Counted from the first letter of the stretch, positions 13,251-27,954 are shown. The stretch: DNA of 64,000 bases from Octopus sinensis (GCF_006345805.1 NC_043017.1:7998001-8062000), one strand, 5' to 3'. Notes: a model not told the origin generated them from the letters alone. Numbers and translations: made by a program.

Positions 13251-13341
13251 ATATATATATATATATATCTATATATATATATATTATATATATATATATA
13301 GTATATATATATATATGTATCTATATATATGTGTGTGTATA

Positions 13342-13382
<41 letters not shown>

Positions 13383-13508
13383 TATATATATATTATATAT
13401 ATATGTATGTATCTATATATATGTGTGTGTATATATATGTATATATGTATTTATATGTATATATATGTATATGTATTATATATATATATATATACACACA
13501 CACATGCA

Positions 13509-13544
<36 letters not shown>

Positions 13545-13605
13545 ATATATACACATATAGATATAGATGTGTAGTTCAATTAGTAGATAGCTTGAAACAC
13601 ATCTT

Positions 13606-13723
<118 letters not shown>

Positions 13724-15950
13724 TGGATGTGTGGTTCAGTTAGTAGATAGCTTGAAACACACATCTTCCTATATATATGTATATATACTTTATACACAAG
13801 CTTTTTCATCTGTATGTACAAGTAATTTGCTTGGATTTTTTTGAAGGGGAAATTTTCATGTTGACGAATTTTAATGTCAAATTCAAGTAGGAAAAGCAAA
13901 TTTTCAGACATAAGAAATGAGAATGCTAAACTTCTTATTAAGACAAATTTTAGAATATTGTAAAATATTTTACACGTTCAAATGTTATAAAAGTAACATC
14001 AAAGTGAAATAAATGTTTGTTCAGATGAAACCAGTTATTTGAATGTTGTAAAAAAATTGTCATACTTTGGTTCTAAAGTACAACTACTAAATTTGATGTG
14101 AAATTCTATTTCTCTGTTGTATCTATATATTTGCCAGCTTGTCATCAATGTCCTTATGTTTCTGTATACATGTATGTATATATGTTGTTGATATGTAGAC
14201 CCAAGTCAGTCTTGATTCAGTACTCTATGATCAAAGGCATTCCAACTATAACCATAAAGTTTAGGATCACATTATCCAATTTATTTTTCAACTTTCTGGA
14301 AGATTGTAGGATGTACTTTCATGGAATTTAGCAGCTATTTCTTCTACCAAATGGAGTGACTAAATAGAGGCTTCTTTGTTTATATGTTTATTCATACAAG
14401 CTTCTGCCATATTCTACCATTTCATTGTTAAGAACAGAGATGTCTAAGTTCTGTGAAGAACCATACTTTATGGAAGTATCCATCTCCTTGGATAAGTCCA
14501 GCTCATATATGTACTGTGGAATAGAGAGCCTGGAAGTCATACATTAGTTGAATGTCTTGTCTCAGGAGTCATACACATCTGTAGGGAAGTCTGTGGTTAT
14601 GATATAAATAAAATTAAATATTTCATGGTTTCAGAGGTCAGACCACTACACTTATTGTAGAAAGTGAACTCTATTTTGTTTATGTAAGTTAAGAGAGACA
14701 GGCAGTGCCTATGATCTTTTCATTCCTCTTCCCTAGACTGAGGAAAGCATTTGTAAGAAAAATGTGGCTCAAGAGGGAATTGAGTCCAAATACTTGCAAT
14801 AATACTCTAAAGGTACCCAAGGACTAAGTATAGAATCCAACAACATTATCCATCCCACTGCAAACTATAGCAATAAATAAAGTATAGTTATTAACATCAG
14901 ATACAGAACATTAGTGTAGTGATGATAGATCTACTAGGAAGCCAGCTATATGCTGGGTCCAGAACTTTGCTATAAGTACTGATGATAGACCTAGTTGGAG
15001 GCTACAGCTGTACAACTTGCAGCAATGATAAATTTGATCAGAGGTCAAAACTGTGCTGCTTATAGTGATGAGACATCTACTCAAAGGTCAGAGCTCTGTT
15101 TAATGATGATAGAACTGGTTGGAGGCCAGAACTACGTTATGTATATACGAGGACTTAAACTCAGCTCTGTAAGCTAATGAAAGATTTGTTTGTGATACAT
15201 TGCTCCTGTTGTTATTTAACTCCAAGTCAGCTTTAATTGAGCAGACTCATGATCAAAGCTGTCCCAGCTGAGTTCTTTTTATTTTTTTTAATGAAAAGTA
15301 CATTTAGGGACACATAATATATTCATCATTTTAGAAAATCATGTGCTGATTTGAATGAAATTTGGCTGCATTTCTAATAGTTCAAGGTACAATATAGGAG
15401 CTTTCATAGCTGTCTCATAAAGAGAACAAGCTCTCACATGGAGCAAATCTTCATGTTTCAGATGACCACATTATCAGCTGCAATGGTAACAGTGCTTGGA
15501 CTGAAACGTCATAGCACTGGTGATGCTATTCAAACTAGTAATCCTTACACAGTAACATCTTACATTTTCTTTATCTGACTACAAAAGAATATAACATATT
15601 TGTTTACATATACTTGAAATTCACTCATACTTATGTACACACATAGATAGAAGTTCTATCCCTGTCCCATCCATTAATTTCTCTCAGCATATATCTTTAT
15701 GGCTATTACCATTGTTCCACCACTGACAATTCTACTCACTTGAAGTTAGTAAAATAGATATATCTATTTTACTAGTAATTGTTGTATATGTTGTTTGTGT
15801 TGTGACTTTTTTCATTGTTGTCTTTGTCTTAATGTCAAGCTTTGCATAAGGTTGCTTTGCTCTGAATGTGTGCATTTGTGTTTATACACATGTGCATAGA
15901 CTTGAATATTCACCCCTCCCCCTACACACACGCTATTTATATTTGCACAT

Positions 15951-15985
<35 letters not shown>

Positions 15986-16882
15986 TTTATGTGATTATAA
16001 ATATTGTGTGTATTTATGTATGCATACACATACACAATGTATACATATATACAATATGTAAGTATTATAATCATTGTGTGCATATGTATATATTTACGCA
16101 TAAATACAAATGGGTTTTATGGTTGTGTGTGTTTATGTGTAAATGTATATATATAAGTGTTGTGTGCATATATATATATATATGTGTGTGTGTGTATTTA
16201 TAAATCTTTTGTATGTATGTGGTATGTACGTGTGTGAGAGATAGATAGTAGACATATGCACAAATACACAAATCAAGAACTGTTTTTGAGTTTTGATAAA
16301 ACTTAATATTCAACTGATTAACTGGACCTATGGTTATGTTGTCAATGCCATCAGTATCATTAAAACACTACTGCCAACTCCACAATTCACCACATAAACA
16401 CAGAAAAGTATGAATGAATCTAAATGTGTCTACCTGTTTTGCTAATATTTTGCCAATATATCAAATAATTATATAATACTATTGCCTTGACTGTTGAGAT
16501 ATATCATTGCATGTTGTTTAAGGGAACAGGCATGGCTTTGTGGTTAAGATGTTTGCTTTACAATGACAAGGTTTTAGGTTTAATTTCACAGCTTGAAGAT
16601 TTACCTAAACTGTAAGAATATATTTCTATGACAAGTTGCTCCATTTCACCAGTGTTAATTCTAGCCATACTATCTCATATATCAACATTCATCATCATAT
16701 GTACATAATACTCAAAGTCCTCAGGTACTGAGTGTTGTATACCACCACTTTCTAATTTGGTGATCTATGGTGGTCTTTTTATACCTTTCTATACACTCAG
16801 TTAGGTGAATTGAAAATAAAATAGCTCTTTATGTATTTGCATCTTTTAACCAAGTATAAATTCTATTTTGCTTTCCTTTTAA

Positions 16883-17101
16883 CCCTTTAGCATCTAAACC
16901 AGCAATATCCAGCCTAAATATTCTACTTGTTTTATGTTCAAACCAACCAAATCCAGCCCCTCATACTCATCCAACAATGTCATTATAAAAATATAACATC
17001 ATATCATCGAAATCCCAAAGCTACAAGATTAAACATGATTAATCCAAAACAGTGTAAATAAATAAACATTACATTTGACAGAGTAATATGAATGCTAACG
17101 G
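16883..17101. mobile_element. piggyBac-type MITE
   Basis: TTAA|CCCTTTAGCAT ... ATGCTAACGG|TTAA: TTAA at 16879-16882 and 17102-17105 with CCC/GG(G)-terminated inverted repeats. Confidence 0.8.
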
Positions 17102-18829
17102 TTAAGGCAGAAAAGTAAACTCGAAAGCATCACTGTAAGTATGTTACTGGTGCTTATGATATCCTTAAGTTTAAAAGTTATAGGTCAGTGCGGTTAGAAT
17201 TTGAAATCAGAACAGTGGAGTACCAAGCTAAATGGTACTATTCCCCCCACCCACGCACTCAATGGGGAAGTTTTTACATAATTGCTCAACATATTTGAAA
17301 AAGCAATCAGACCCTCTTCTCAAATTACACCCTACTGTGTTAATAAAAAGGAAAGATATATTGGATAATGTAGTTTTATATACACTGCGGCTGAGTGAAA
17401 ACAAGGTGGTTAAGATAGGAATGTTTTTGATGATAGGCCTATTCAATCAGGTTTGACCAAGGGACTAAATAACAATAACAGCAATAGTATATTTTATGTT
17501 ATAAGACATGTGCATGTTTGTCCAGATAAACCACAAACAATAATTAGTTGACCTGATCCATTTCCAATTGCATAACTGATTAATACTCTTATTTTAACTT
17601 GTAATGAAAGGCATTATCAATAGCAATAATATCAAAGAAAATAGAATATAGTTTGTATATACTGAATAGGAGCTAGCTTAGTCTATTCTAGTTGAACATT
17701 ATAATGTGTTTAAGATTCTCATACAGCTTTTATTGCAAAATCAATGACCATATTTTTTAATGAAATATTGTTTTCTAATCAATTCTCTATAAAAATACCT
17801 TTATCATGTTGTATCAATAATTAATTAACTACATTATTTAAAGCTTGTTGTTGCTGATAATCATAATATTAATTTCAGTGTGAAACATGTTACTTTGTTC
17901 TGCTATTTAAACATTATTATTGTTATATGCTGTGTGATACTATTTAACAACATTGCTTCATTGATAGGACTAGTTGTCAGGTAAATTATAATAGCTAATT
18001 ATTGGTTGATAAATTTTATTGATTAACAATTAGACTCAATAACTGGATGCAGCTTGTAATTCATGTTGTAAGAGAAACACTACAACATTTTGTATTTGTA
18101 GTGCAGTTTTTCATGTTTATCTTTTAGGAACAATTAATTGATTTGCTGTCAGTGAACAGGAGTGAGACATGTAGAAATTGTGGCTGTGAGACATATAGAA
18201 ATAATAATAGTAAGGCATATATATAGAAATAATGTTACTGAGACATATTGAAATAAGAACAGTAAGACATAGCAAAGTAATGGTATCATCATCATTTTAC
18301 ATTGACTTTTTATGTTGGCATGGATTGGACTGTAGTAGACATTGATATAAAGAAATAATGAGAGCAAGACAAGGCTATCAAGTCTATAGAAGCTATCAAG
18401 GAGTAAAAAGTTACAGGGCATTGTAATTATTTTGGATCTCTTTCAGTATCTTTCATTCCTCCTTTTCTCAATAAGGGCTTCAATATGAAATCTACTTGAA
18501 GTGTTTAGTGGCTTTCATGCAGAGAATTCTCCAATTACAATGATCGTCTGTTAAATCTTTGAAGAAAGTCATTACTTTGCTTATATGACACATCATCAGA
18601 TTTCACTTTAGAAATTTTTTATATAAACTTCAGTGGTGCTCATGTACAACACTTCTAGCAAGCTGGTTGTAAAAGACTGATTTGAGAATGCAATCATTTC
18701 TCATCTATGTTACCTGACTATATCGATGAAGTAGATGTTTCATTAGTAATGCCTGCCTATCACTGACTTTACATTGTGATAGGGTTTCTGTATTGGGTAT
18801 CATGTCCTATCACTTAATCTTAGAGATTT

Positions 18830-19130
18830 TGCAAAGACAACAAAGATGGAAACTTTCTAATTGCTTCATCTGTTTTGTTGAAATGATGGACTGAACATTT
18901 TAACAATGTTTTAAATCATCTTTCAACATTTGATGAAGTAGTCTTTGAACATCTACAACAACATGCAATAAATGAACAGTTGCTTGCAGAAATCTCTCTG
19001 AAGTAGAAACAGCTATTGCAAAGGCATCCAGAGCAGACTCTGTTCTTGATGAAAGGCTCAAATATGACAGAGTTCTGCTGTACCTCAAATTACAAAAGCT
19101 TTGCGTCATTAGTACATGGAATTGTATAAA
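18830..19130 (+). mobile_element. RTE-type LINE ORF2 remnant (linker before RT)
   Basis: KDGNFLI..K*WTEHFNNVLNH...EVETAIAK-ASRADSVLDERLKY resembles RWxEHFxxLLN...EVxxAIxxLKxxKAxGxDxIxAExLK. Confidence 0.65.
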
Positions 19131-19583
19131 CTTCTATTTAGCAATTTGACTGTTAGAAATAGCTTCTTGAAAACTTTGCATTTTCTCATGTCATATTTTC
19201 AAAGTGAATATGCATTGTAAAGCTTCTTTTAACTAGAGTTAATTAAGCCTTGTTGATTTTTTCATGCTTATGGAATATGAATGAAATGTAAAAACAATGG
19301 CAAAATAATCAAAGATATGGCTAAATTTTAGGCAGATTTAAACTTTAAATAAAAGTTTTTTTATGAATCTTTTAAGTTGCACTTTAGTGTAATTTAATAG
19401 CTATATGGTCATTTTGCATCCCTGTGTTTATGTATATTTCTTTTTTATGTACATCAAAATCTGTATCTGCATATATTTATATATAACATTCATGAATATA
19501 TGAGTATATGTGTGTGGAAATTGAATGGGTCTAGAATTGTTATGTAAGTATTTCTGTAGTGTATATGTCTCTCTCCTATCTTA

Positions 19584-19616
<33 letters not shown>

Positions 19617-19884
19617 CATCATATATATGTATATATTATGTCCAGGAATGTAATGTACGTATCATCTGAAGTTTGTGTATTTATGTATCTATGTGTGTAT
19701 ATAATATATATGCATATGTGTGTATGTATATACATGTGTATGTGTGTGTGTGTATATACATGTGTATGTGTTTAATCTTATATGTCTATACACATCTGTC
19801 TCAACCTCAATTACACAATTGTTTTTAATTTAATATATTTTTTCCCCAATAAAATATCCTCTGCCTGTTTGTCTTACTGTTTAG

Positions 19885-19981
19885 GCCAGATTTAATGGTG
19901 AAGAAACTCCGATACTATGCACGGTTCATTGTGGTGTGTTTATTATTGAAGAAGATGAAGCTGGTACGAGATCTTGTGAGA
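19885..19981 (+). CDS. SCAI: SCAI exon (first confident exon in window): (R)PDLMVKKLRYYARFIVVCLLLKKMKLVRDLVR
   Basis: ttag|G...AGA|gtaagt; 97 nt, phase 2 to 0. Matches the remembered human SCAI segment RPELVVKKLRYYARFIVVCLLLNKMDVVKDLVK. Confidence 0.97.
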
Positions 19982-21370
19982 GTAAGTAAGAATGCTATAT
20001 TGTTGCTATGTTCCTATGTATACCAGTGATGGTAAAACTAAATGGGAAATAAGTGAAGAATTTGCAACTCTGGGTTCATAAACCTTTCACCAGTCCTTCC
20101 CTTCCCAATCCTACCATAATAAAAATATCATTTGTAGTATTTGTTTGCAGGTTACTATTAAAAGCACCATCAACATTATTTGAATATCCAATTCTCTCTA
20201 TTTGACTCATCTGATAAACAGCTTCTTTTCATGTTTAATCCAGTGTTTGCTTTTCTAAAGCTTGGTACTCATGAGTCTGACCTAACTATTTCTTAATGTA
20301 TTTTTGATCTTTTTTTATCTCCTGTCATCTTATTGCCTCCTTTCATGTCCAGTACTTTTCATCCATTTAAAATAATTTTAAAAACAGTACCAATTAGTGT
20401 CACAACCTGTCTAAAAGTTTTTTTACAATGTTTTAGTTCAATTAATTTAGTAAAATTAATAAACTTGATCTTGTAACACCAGATTTTTCTCTCTGTGATA
20501 ATCAGTGAAAGATACTGTACTGTTCCTTACATGCCTGATACTGTTCTATTCCGGGCATGTTAAGAATGCTTGGTTTAAATAAATGTCCCTGTTTTTGTGG
20601 TATCTAGGACTACATTATCTAATGTATCCTTCTTCTTTTTAAAGATGGTGGTGCATGATTTGAAAGAGATTTGGTTGCTATTTCAAGTAACCCTTATTGG
20701 CTAGTGGTTAATGAAAGTAGTCAGTGCTAGAGTATCTGAAGATTTGGGGATCAATATTGCATCAGATGAAATATATCTCCACCAAAATATGAAATAACAA
20801 GAGATAAGAAAAATGAGTTTTAGAAATTAAAGAAAATAAATTTTTTAAATTAAAAAAAAATATGAAATAAAAGTCAAGATAGATGAGCCAGATAACTGAT
20901 AAGATTAAATGTTGGCCTAACTGGGCAGTGAGCTTAACTAGCCACCTGGTTCAAAACCCCGTCAAACAGACTTTGCATGCTTCTGGCAAAGTTTACTCTG
21001 TTGCAAGCATTCAAACTAGACTGTTCTGACTCATCTCTGCTAGCCCCCACCTCTCTCTCTCTCTCTTTCTCTCATTTACTTATAGGATGTTCAGGCTAGG
21101 TATCAGCCACATTCATCAATCTCACAAGTATGGCAGTGTGGCCTGCATAGGTCATGAACACTATACTGTATAACATACACTAAAAAAAATTTCAACTACA
21201 GTGATATTGAGCCAAGATGATTGGAGTTAATACAGAACACAAAAAACCAATTTTCAAGACAATCCGTTTTACCGCAATTGAAATGTACTTCAAATAATAG
21301 AAACTTGAAATGTCTTGTGGATTTTTTCCAAAAAAAAAAAGTTTCTGTTCCATTCATTCTTTTATTTCAG

Positions 21371-21469
21371 GAATTAGCCAAACAAATTGATGACTATACC
21401 ACCACATATGAACCAGATGATCAGATGGAATGGAATTTAGTTTTAGGTGAAATTAAATCCTTTATTGAG
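21371..21469 (+). CDS. SCAI: SCAI exon: ELAKQIDDYTTTYEPDDQMEWNLVLGEIKSFIE
   Basis: ttcag|GAA...GAG|gtaaac; 99 nt, phase 0-0. Compare human ELSDEIEDYTHRFNTEDQVEWNLVLQEVAAFIE. Confidence 0.96.
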
Positions 21470-23234
21470 GTAAACTATTCCTATTTTACAATATATTTAC
21501 AGTTGAAATGTTTGTGGTAATCTTCATATACAGATAAATGATTCACTGTTATCTCTGTTTATGTGTATCATTATAAACGCTATACACACTTGTTCATGCA
21601 CACACAAACACATTTTACACACACATATGCTTTTAACATTTAAAAAATATTTGTTCACATACATGCAATCCACAATCTCATGCTCTCTCTCTCTCACTTA
21701 TGTACACAGTATGTATGTGTGCATAAAAGCTCTCTTTTATACAAAGCCTCTCCATTCTCAAAAAAGGAGAAAGGAATAATTGAATACTGTTTTAATGTTT
21801 ATTAGTTGTGGCTAATAAACATTAGATGTTTATTAATTACAACACAATGTTCACATGAAGTGGTGAAATGTACATTTATATCTATATTAGTTGTTGTTAA
21901 CTAGATTTGATAGTTGTTAGAAGTCACAGAAGACTAGAGGGTTATTATAACTGGTATTGCAATGCTCCTATATAGAAATCTTTCGAGATCTAAGTAGGTA
22001 TTATGGAGCTATAACACCAATGTAAACATACCACAGCATTGATAATATTGATAATATTTGGCTTCCAAAGTTTGTTGCTCAGTTCTTTCCATGACAATGA
22101 TTACCTGTGATAGGCTAGCATCATCTTCAAGGGGAAATACTTCTTTCATTTTCTTAATACTACAGAAAACAGATCAACCAACCTTTTGATTTGGAAAAGT
22201 TTACATTTTATTGTTGTTCTTTAACATCTCCTATCATTTCTGTAAGTGATTGTCTCCATAAGAAATGTGTACTCAACCCTGGCCACTGTGCTGTCACCAT
22301 TGGTCCCCATCCTTAGCAATTTAAACTGTTTCAATAAATCTAATATTGTTTCCGATTAGCTCCTCATTAACTTGTGAAATGTGCATCTTTTGTAAAGCTT
22401 TCCCAACATAATAAGGCCCTATAGCTTAATTTTTGTGATTCAAAAGAGTGATTACTGGTATATTAGGTCTCAAAGCATGTCCAATCAGAATTAATCAAAA
22501 ATGCTATCAGCTGACAAAGTCTGTGCTCTTGCAATTAACCATTTATTATTTATTCTTTGTGGGAAATGAACTCCAATTGCAAATCATAAAAGAGAGAAAT
22601 GACTAGAGTTTATCTCTTCTGCAAATGTTTCTGATATTGTTCAAGCGTCACAACTATGGAACAAACGTGTTTCAATGCAAGCTTTGAAAGTAGTATTTTA
22701 ATTCTATCACCATCCGAACAATTTCAAATAAAGTAAACTTTGTGTATTACTACTCACATTATTTGTTGGTTTTGTTTTTGAATAACTCCAGTCATCTGAG
22801 GCTATTCAACATCAGTAATACAATTATGAAGAACTTCTATGCTATGCTTTCTTTGCTTACTTGATAACCATTTCATAGTGATCAGCATACTTATAGTTAA
22901 ACTACTTCTTGGTTCCCTTCATTGAAACATTTAGCAAAGTTAATATTATCTATCTGTCTGTCTCTCTATACAATTTTGATACATTAAAATTTTACTGCAG
23001 AAGTGTTTTTGAAAATGAAATTTAAAACGCAGTCAAACATTTACAACTGATGCAGGTAGTTTGTTACATGCTTCAACAAATCTGAGTGTTAAAAAATGTT
23101 TCCAAAAGTCATGGGAGCTGCACTGTTTTCTGACTTTGTAGGCATGCCCATGTTTTTTTAGACACATGGAGCTCAAAAGGTGCTCAAGGTGGTTGTTGGT
23201 GTAGTGGTTAATAATTTTGTGGGTGTTTACTAAG

Positions 23235-23440
23235 TCAGTTGCCAGATGTCAGAGCTTCAATGTATCTATGTCCAGGGAAGCAAGGCATAGTATGGTAGAT
23301 GGTGGGTATTTGCTTGGTTGCACATCTCTGAACAGTTTCCAGGAGGTCAATGTCCTGCGCAAGATGATTAGAGATAGGGAATGAGTTGGATACGGAGGAT
23401 ATCAGTTCAGTCCAGACACTTTTTTTATGAAGTAAACTTA
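23235..23440 (-). mobile_element. CR1/L2-type LINE fragment
   Basis: HLAQDIDLLETVQRCATKQIP matches the DIxxLExVQRRATKxIP motif. Confidence 0.7.
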
Positions 23441-25597
23441 AATTATCTTCTGAATTGCTTTGGTATAACAATTTTGAATGGATCAACATTTGTAAATGAG
23501 CAGAAGATTGTCAACACCTTTTCAAAGCAATTTATTTAATACAGTGACTTCATGTGATCATTTCTATTGTAATTATTAAACCCAGACAAGCTAGGTACTG
23601 TTGCTTGTGTCTATGGATAGTGTGTGTGTGTGTGTGTGCATGTGTGCATGCTCCTTTACATAAAGTTGTTTGTCTGTCTATGTGTATATACACAGACCCT
23701 TCTTACATGTTTGTGAAAATCTGATATCCTATAAAAAAATATACATGAAATAATTTAAATACAGTTTGTAAAGAATTCCTTTATTACTTTCATTGTTTTC
23801 TTACAACCTATAGTATTGTTTTCATGTGACAGAGTATTTGACTCCCATTATTATTATTCTGTGTTTCCTCATTGATCTTTTACACTTTTACTATAATGGA
23901 CCTCCATTCTTAGGACTGATACAATGTAATGGTCTTTACTGCTATGATCATTTCTAATATATTCAAACAGACACATGCACTCTCTCTATCTTTCTTTCTC
24001 ACTCTCAAATACACACACACACACCATACTTGCTCACTCACATACTAGCACACACTCACATGTTCACTTACACATTTATTAGCTCACATACACATTCTCA
24101 CTAATACACACACTTGCTTAATCCCAAACACACATACTTACTCACACCCAGTACTCATTCAATCATACACATGCACATACTTTACACACACTCAATCACT
24201 CACCCAAACACTCACTCAGTCACCCATATACATATTCAACTCTCACACATAAAAAATTGTAAATGGATCTCTGTCAGTTTTGACTGTGAGTATTCATATT
24301 CAAGTTGTACCATAAATGTAATTCTGGGGCACAATCAGCAGAGACTTGTGGGTTACAAAGCTGGGCCTTTATATAACACATACATCCCATCCAATGGGCT
24401 TCTATAGTTTCACTGTTCCCAGTTTCTTCCATGAGGCTTGGAATGACCTGAGGCTATGAGAAAAGATACTTGCTCCAAATGCCACATGATGGGATTGAAC
24501 CTGGCTCCCCATGATTAGAAAATGAATTTCTCAAATGTTCTACCATGTCTGCATCCATTTACACACATACTCACTCCATTACACATATTTATATACTTGC
24601 TTAATCACACACATACTGACTGACTCACTGACTCTCTCTCTCTCTCTCTCACTCACACACACACACAAACTTAATCAAATGTATACTCCTGCACTCACAC
24701 ACACATACATACACTGTGTATCCATTTGGCAGTGATTGCATAAATTAGAGTTTTCTTTGAACAGAATTTGTTTACCAAATGATCAATAATTTTGCTGATA
24801 GATTTCCAGATATCAATATTTGCTGATAACTATTGTGTCTGAAGAAAATAATCTATGTTTTGTATAACCTTAGTCTTAACCAAATTGGTTGAGTTGGTAA
24901 AGTATTGTATTATCAGTTTGTAGGTTACAAGTTCAAATCCAGTACAGACACTTTAGTATGTTTTCTGGAATTGAGATATTTAATTCTCCATACCTCTGAT
25001 TACCTCTCAATGAGAAACACAGTACTGTTAACTGTTTCAAGATGAAATTTATCTCACATCTCTATAAAAACAGGAGTTAAGCTACCATGACAACCAACAT
25101 TATTTCTCTTTTAAATATAAGTTTGAAAGCTGAGTCAACAAAGAAGAGTTACAACTAGATGAAATTGCCAAGCAGTTTAAATGCACAAGACTCTGATATC
25201 CAAGTTGCTAAAAAATGTCAGCTGAAAGGCATTCAAAAGTCATGACCTGGATGCGTCCCAGCTTACTTAGAGTGTAAGAAATTAAGGGCCAAAACATTTG
25301 CCTGAGGAGTGTTTCTGCTGTCCAGCTATCTCAAGAGTTAAAACATCAACTTTAACATCTTCACTTAATGAACGATAAGATTGATCTTTCTATACTCCAC
25401 CCTGAGAGTGCTATTCCAACTCTGATTACCACTGCAAGAAATTGTCATACCTGCAACACTAACAGATAACAGGTTGTAGAAGAGATGGATAAAATTAAAA
25501 TACATTGCTAAAAGTTTAAAATTTAATTTCCTATAGATTTTACAGATTAAAAATTTGGGGCACGCACGCACACACACATACACAGAGAAATATATAT

Positions 25598-26245
25598 GAC
25601 AGACTCCTTTCAGTTTCCATCCACCAAATCCGCTTATAAGGCTGTGATTAGCTGAAGGCTATAGTAGAAGACCCTTGCCCAAGGTGCCATGCAGTGAGAC
25701 TGAACCCAGAACCACGTAGTTGGGAAGCAAACTTTTTGTCACATATCCACACCTGCACCTAAATATGTTAATGTTAATGTTTTTTTCAAATTATTAATCA
25801 CGTCTTGAGAGATGAACATTCCATTTAATATACATACACTGCATATATAGTGTTTATGTCCCAGTAACTTAGTGGTTCAGCAAAAGAGACCAATAGAATA
25901 AGTACCAGGTTTAAAAAATACAAGTATTGGTGTCAATTCATTTGACTAAAATTCTTCAAGGCAGTGCCCCAGCATGGCCATAGTCTAAAGAGTGAAACAA
26001 GTAAAAGGCAAAAGATGAAAATAAACAAACAACAGTCATCAAGCAGTGGTGGAGGAGACACACACACGCACGGGGACACACACGCACACAAACACGACAA
26101 GCTTCTTTTAGTTTCTGTCTACCAAATCTATCCACAAGGCTATGGTTGGCTTGGGTCTATAGCAGAAGACACTTGTCCAAGATACCTGGAACCTGAAACC
26201 ATGTGGCTGGGAAACAAGCTTCTCAACCAAACAGCTACACCTGAT
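25598..26245. mobile_element. SINE cluster: family B (-) 25598-25759, family A (+) 25850-26010, family A fragment (-) and family B (-) 26035-26245
   Basis: Shares motifs with the 857-1255 copies. Confidence 0.75.
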
Positions 26246-27004
26246 ATATGATGCAATAAAATATATCCAGTGTAATCCAAAGTTTTCTGAAATGGTAATC
26301 CAGGTGAACCTGAGTTGTAAATCTGAAAGGTGATTCAGTATGGATGCAAGCTGGTCAGACTACATCAGCATGGAGTAGAATATATTCAAATATATAAGAA
26401 TACAAGCAATGAATAACAATATAAAATTATATTAGTTGATGTTGATTAAATGTGGAAAGCATGACCTCTGCATAAATGTACATGGATTAACTCCTCTCTT
26501 TTTCTTTTTCTCTCTTTGTTTCTTGTTTTTTTCTGATGAAGAACAAATAAGTCTGAAATTACAAACATTTTTTCCCTTCATTCATTCACTATCAAATTGA
26601 TACAATTTTTTTACCCTTATTTGTCTGTGTCATTAATATATATTCAGGTACATTGTATTCATGTGTGTGTGTGTGTCTACCAGTGCACTGAGTTAGGTCT
26701 CTTTATATTGAAAAGATAAAACTCAGTCATTCAATAGAGAGGTTAATAAAGTAAGTAGCAGACTAAAATAAGTTGGACTAATAAAATAAGTAACTGTGGG
26801 GTCCCATTATGGATGCATCCCAATGACTGACACCAATAAAAGGAAACCAAATCCTCTCATAATAGTGAGTATGTTGTCTTTGAAAGTAGACTTGAAACAT
26901 TCATTTAACTCTTTTCTTTGTTATAACCTCTCTTGCAGCACTTTTGCCAGTAGTATATATTTATACAGAATACTTATTGTTTTCTTTTGTTCCTTTTGTT
27001 GCAG

Positions 27005-27157
27005 GCTGATAATATAATAAGTGTCGTTGATGTTGACTCTTCCTCTATTGTCTTATCCCACCGACTGACTCCTCTCAACACCCCTCCTCTGGATAAGGGC
27101 ACTCCAGTATATTTAACACTTCAAGAGATTCTCATTGTAGGCAATTGTAATGAACAA
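27005..27157 (+). CDS. SCAI: SCAI exon: ADNIISVVDVDSSSIVLSHRLTPLNTPPLDKGTPVYLTLQEILIVGNCNEQ
   Basis: gcag|GCT...CAA|gtaagt; 153 nt, phase 0-0. Ends in the conserved LIxGNCNxQ motif. Confidence 0.96.
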
Positions 27158-27590
27158 GTAAGTGCATTGCTTCTGTTGTCATTGTTGTTGTTATTGTTTA
27201 ACCAAAGGTCACTGGTTTATCAACCGTGATCATCTTGTCTTTCTTCCAGACACAATATATCTAGGACTACATTATCCAAAGTAGTTTTTAAATTTCTTTT
27301 TTTTTTTTCTTATTAAGACAGTTGGGTTTGATTTCAAAGAGAATTCACTACTTTTTCCATCAGATCAAGTGATCATATGTATAGTTTGCAATTCTGTTTT
27401 GTGACAAGATGAGGTCAAGTGTCTTTGCTTTCCTTCCCTAAAGGTCATATCCACATAAACTATAGAAACTAATGAAACTTCTCAAAACTATGCTCAGGTA
27501 ATGTTAACTCATGTATGAGCATATACTAAAGATTTACTTGGATATGAATATTTTGACTTTGTTATCTATTAAGTACCACCCTATGGTCCA

Positions 27591-27594
<4 letters not shown>

Positions 27595-27659
<65 letters not shown>

Positions 27660-27660
27660 T
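27595..27660. repeat. (GT)n(GA)n compound microsatellite
   Basis: Direct inspection. Confidence 0.95.
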
Positions 27661-27759
27661 GAGTTAAGTACATTTGGCTTATATTTGTGAGTTAGAGGAA
27701 CTTGAGCCTGCTCAAGTAAGTAGTTGAGCTGAGAACTTGAACATCATTTTGGACATTGT

Positions 27760-27795
<36 letters not shown>

Positions 27796-27954
27796 GTAGT
27801 TAGTTATGGCTGTTAATTAAGAAACAGAGCCCTCAACTATGAATATCATTTATTAGTAAGATTGTTATTTGTGTGAGTGTGAGTGTGTGTGTGTGTTGTG
27901 TGTGTGTGTGTGTGTGTGTGCTTGCATGCATGTGTGTGTGTGCATGATGCAGAC

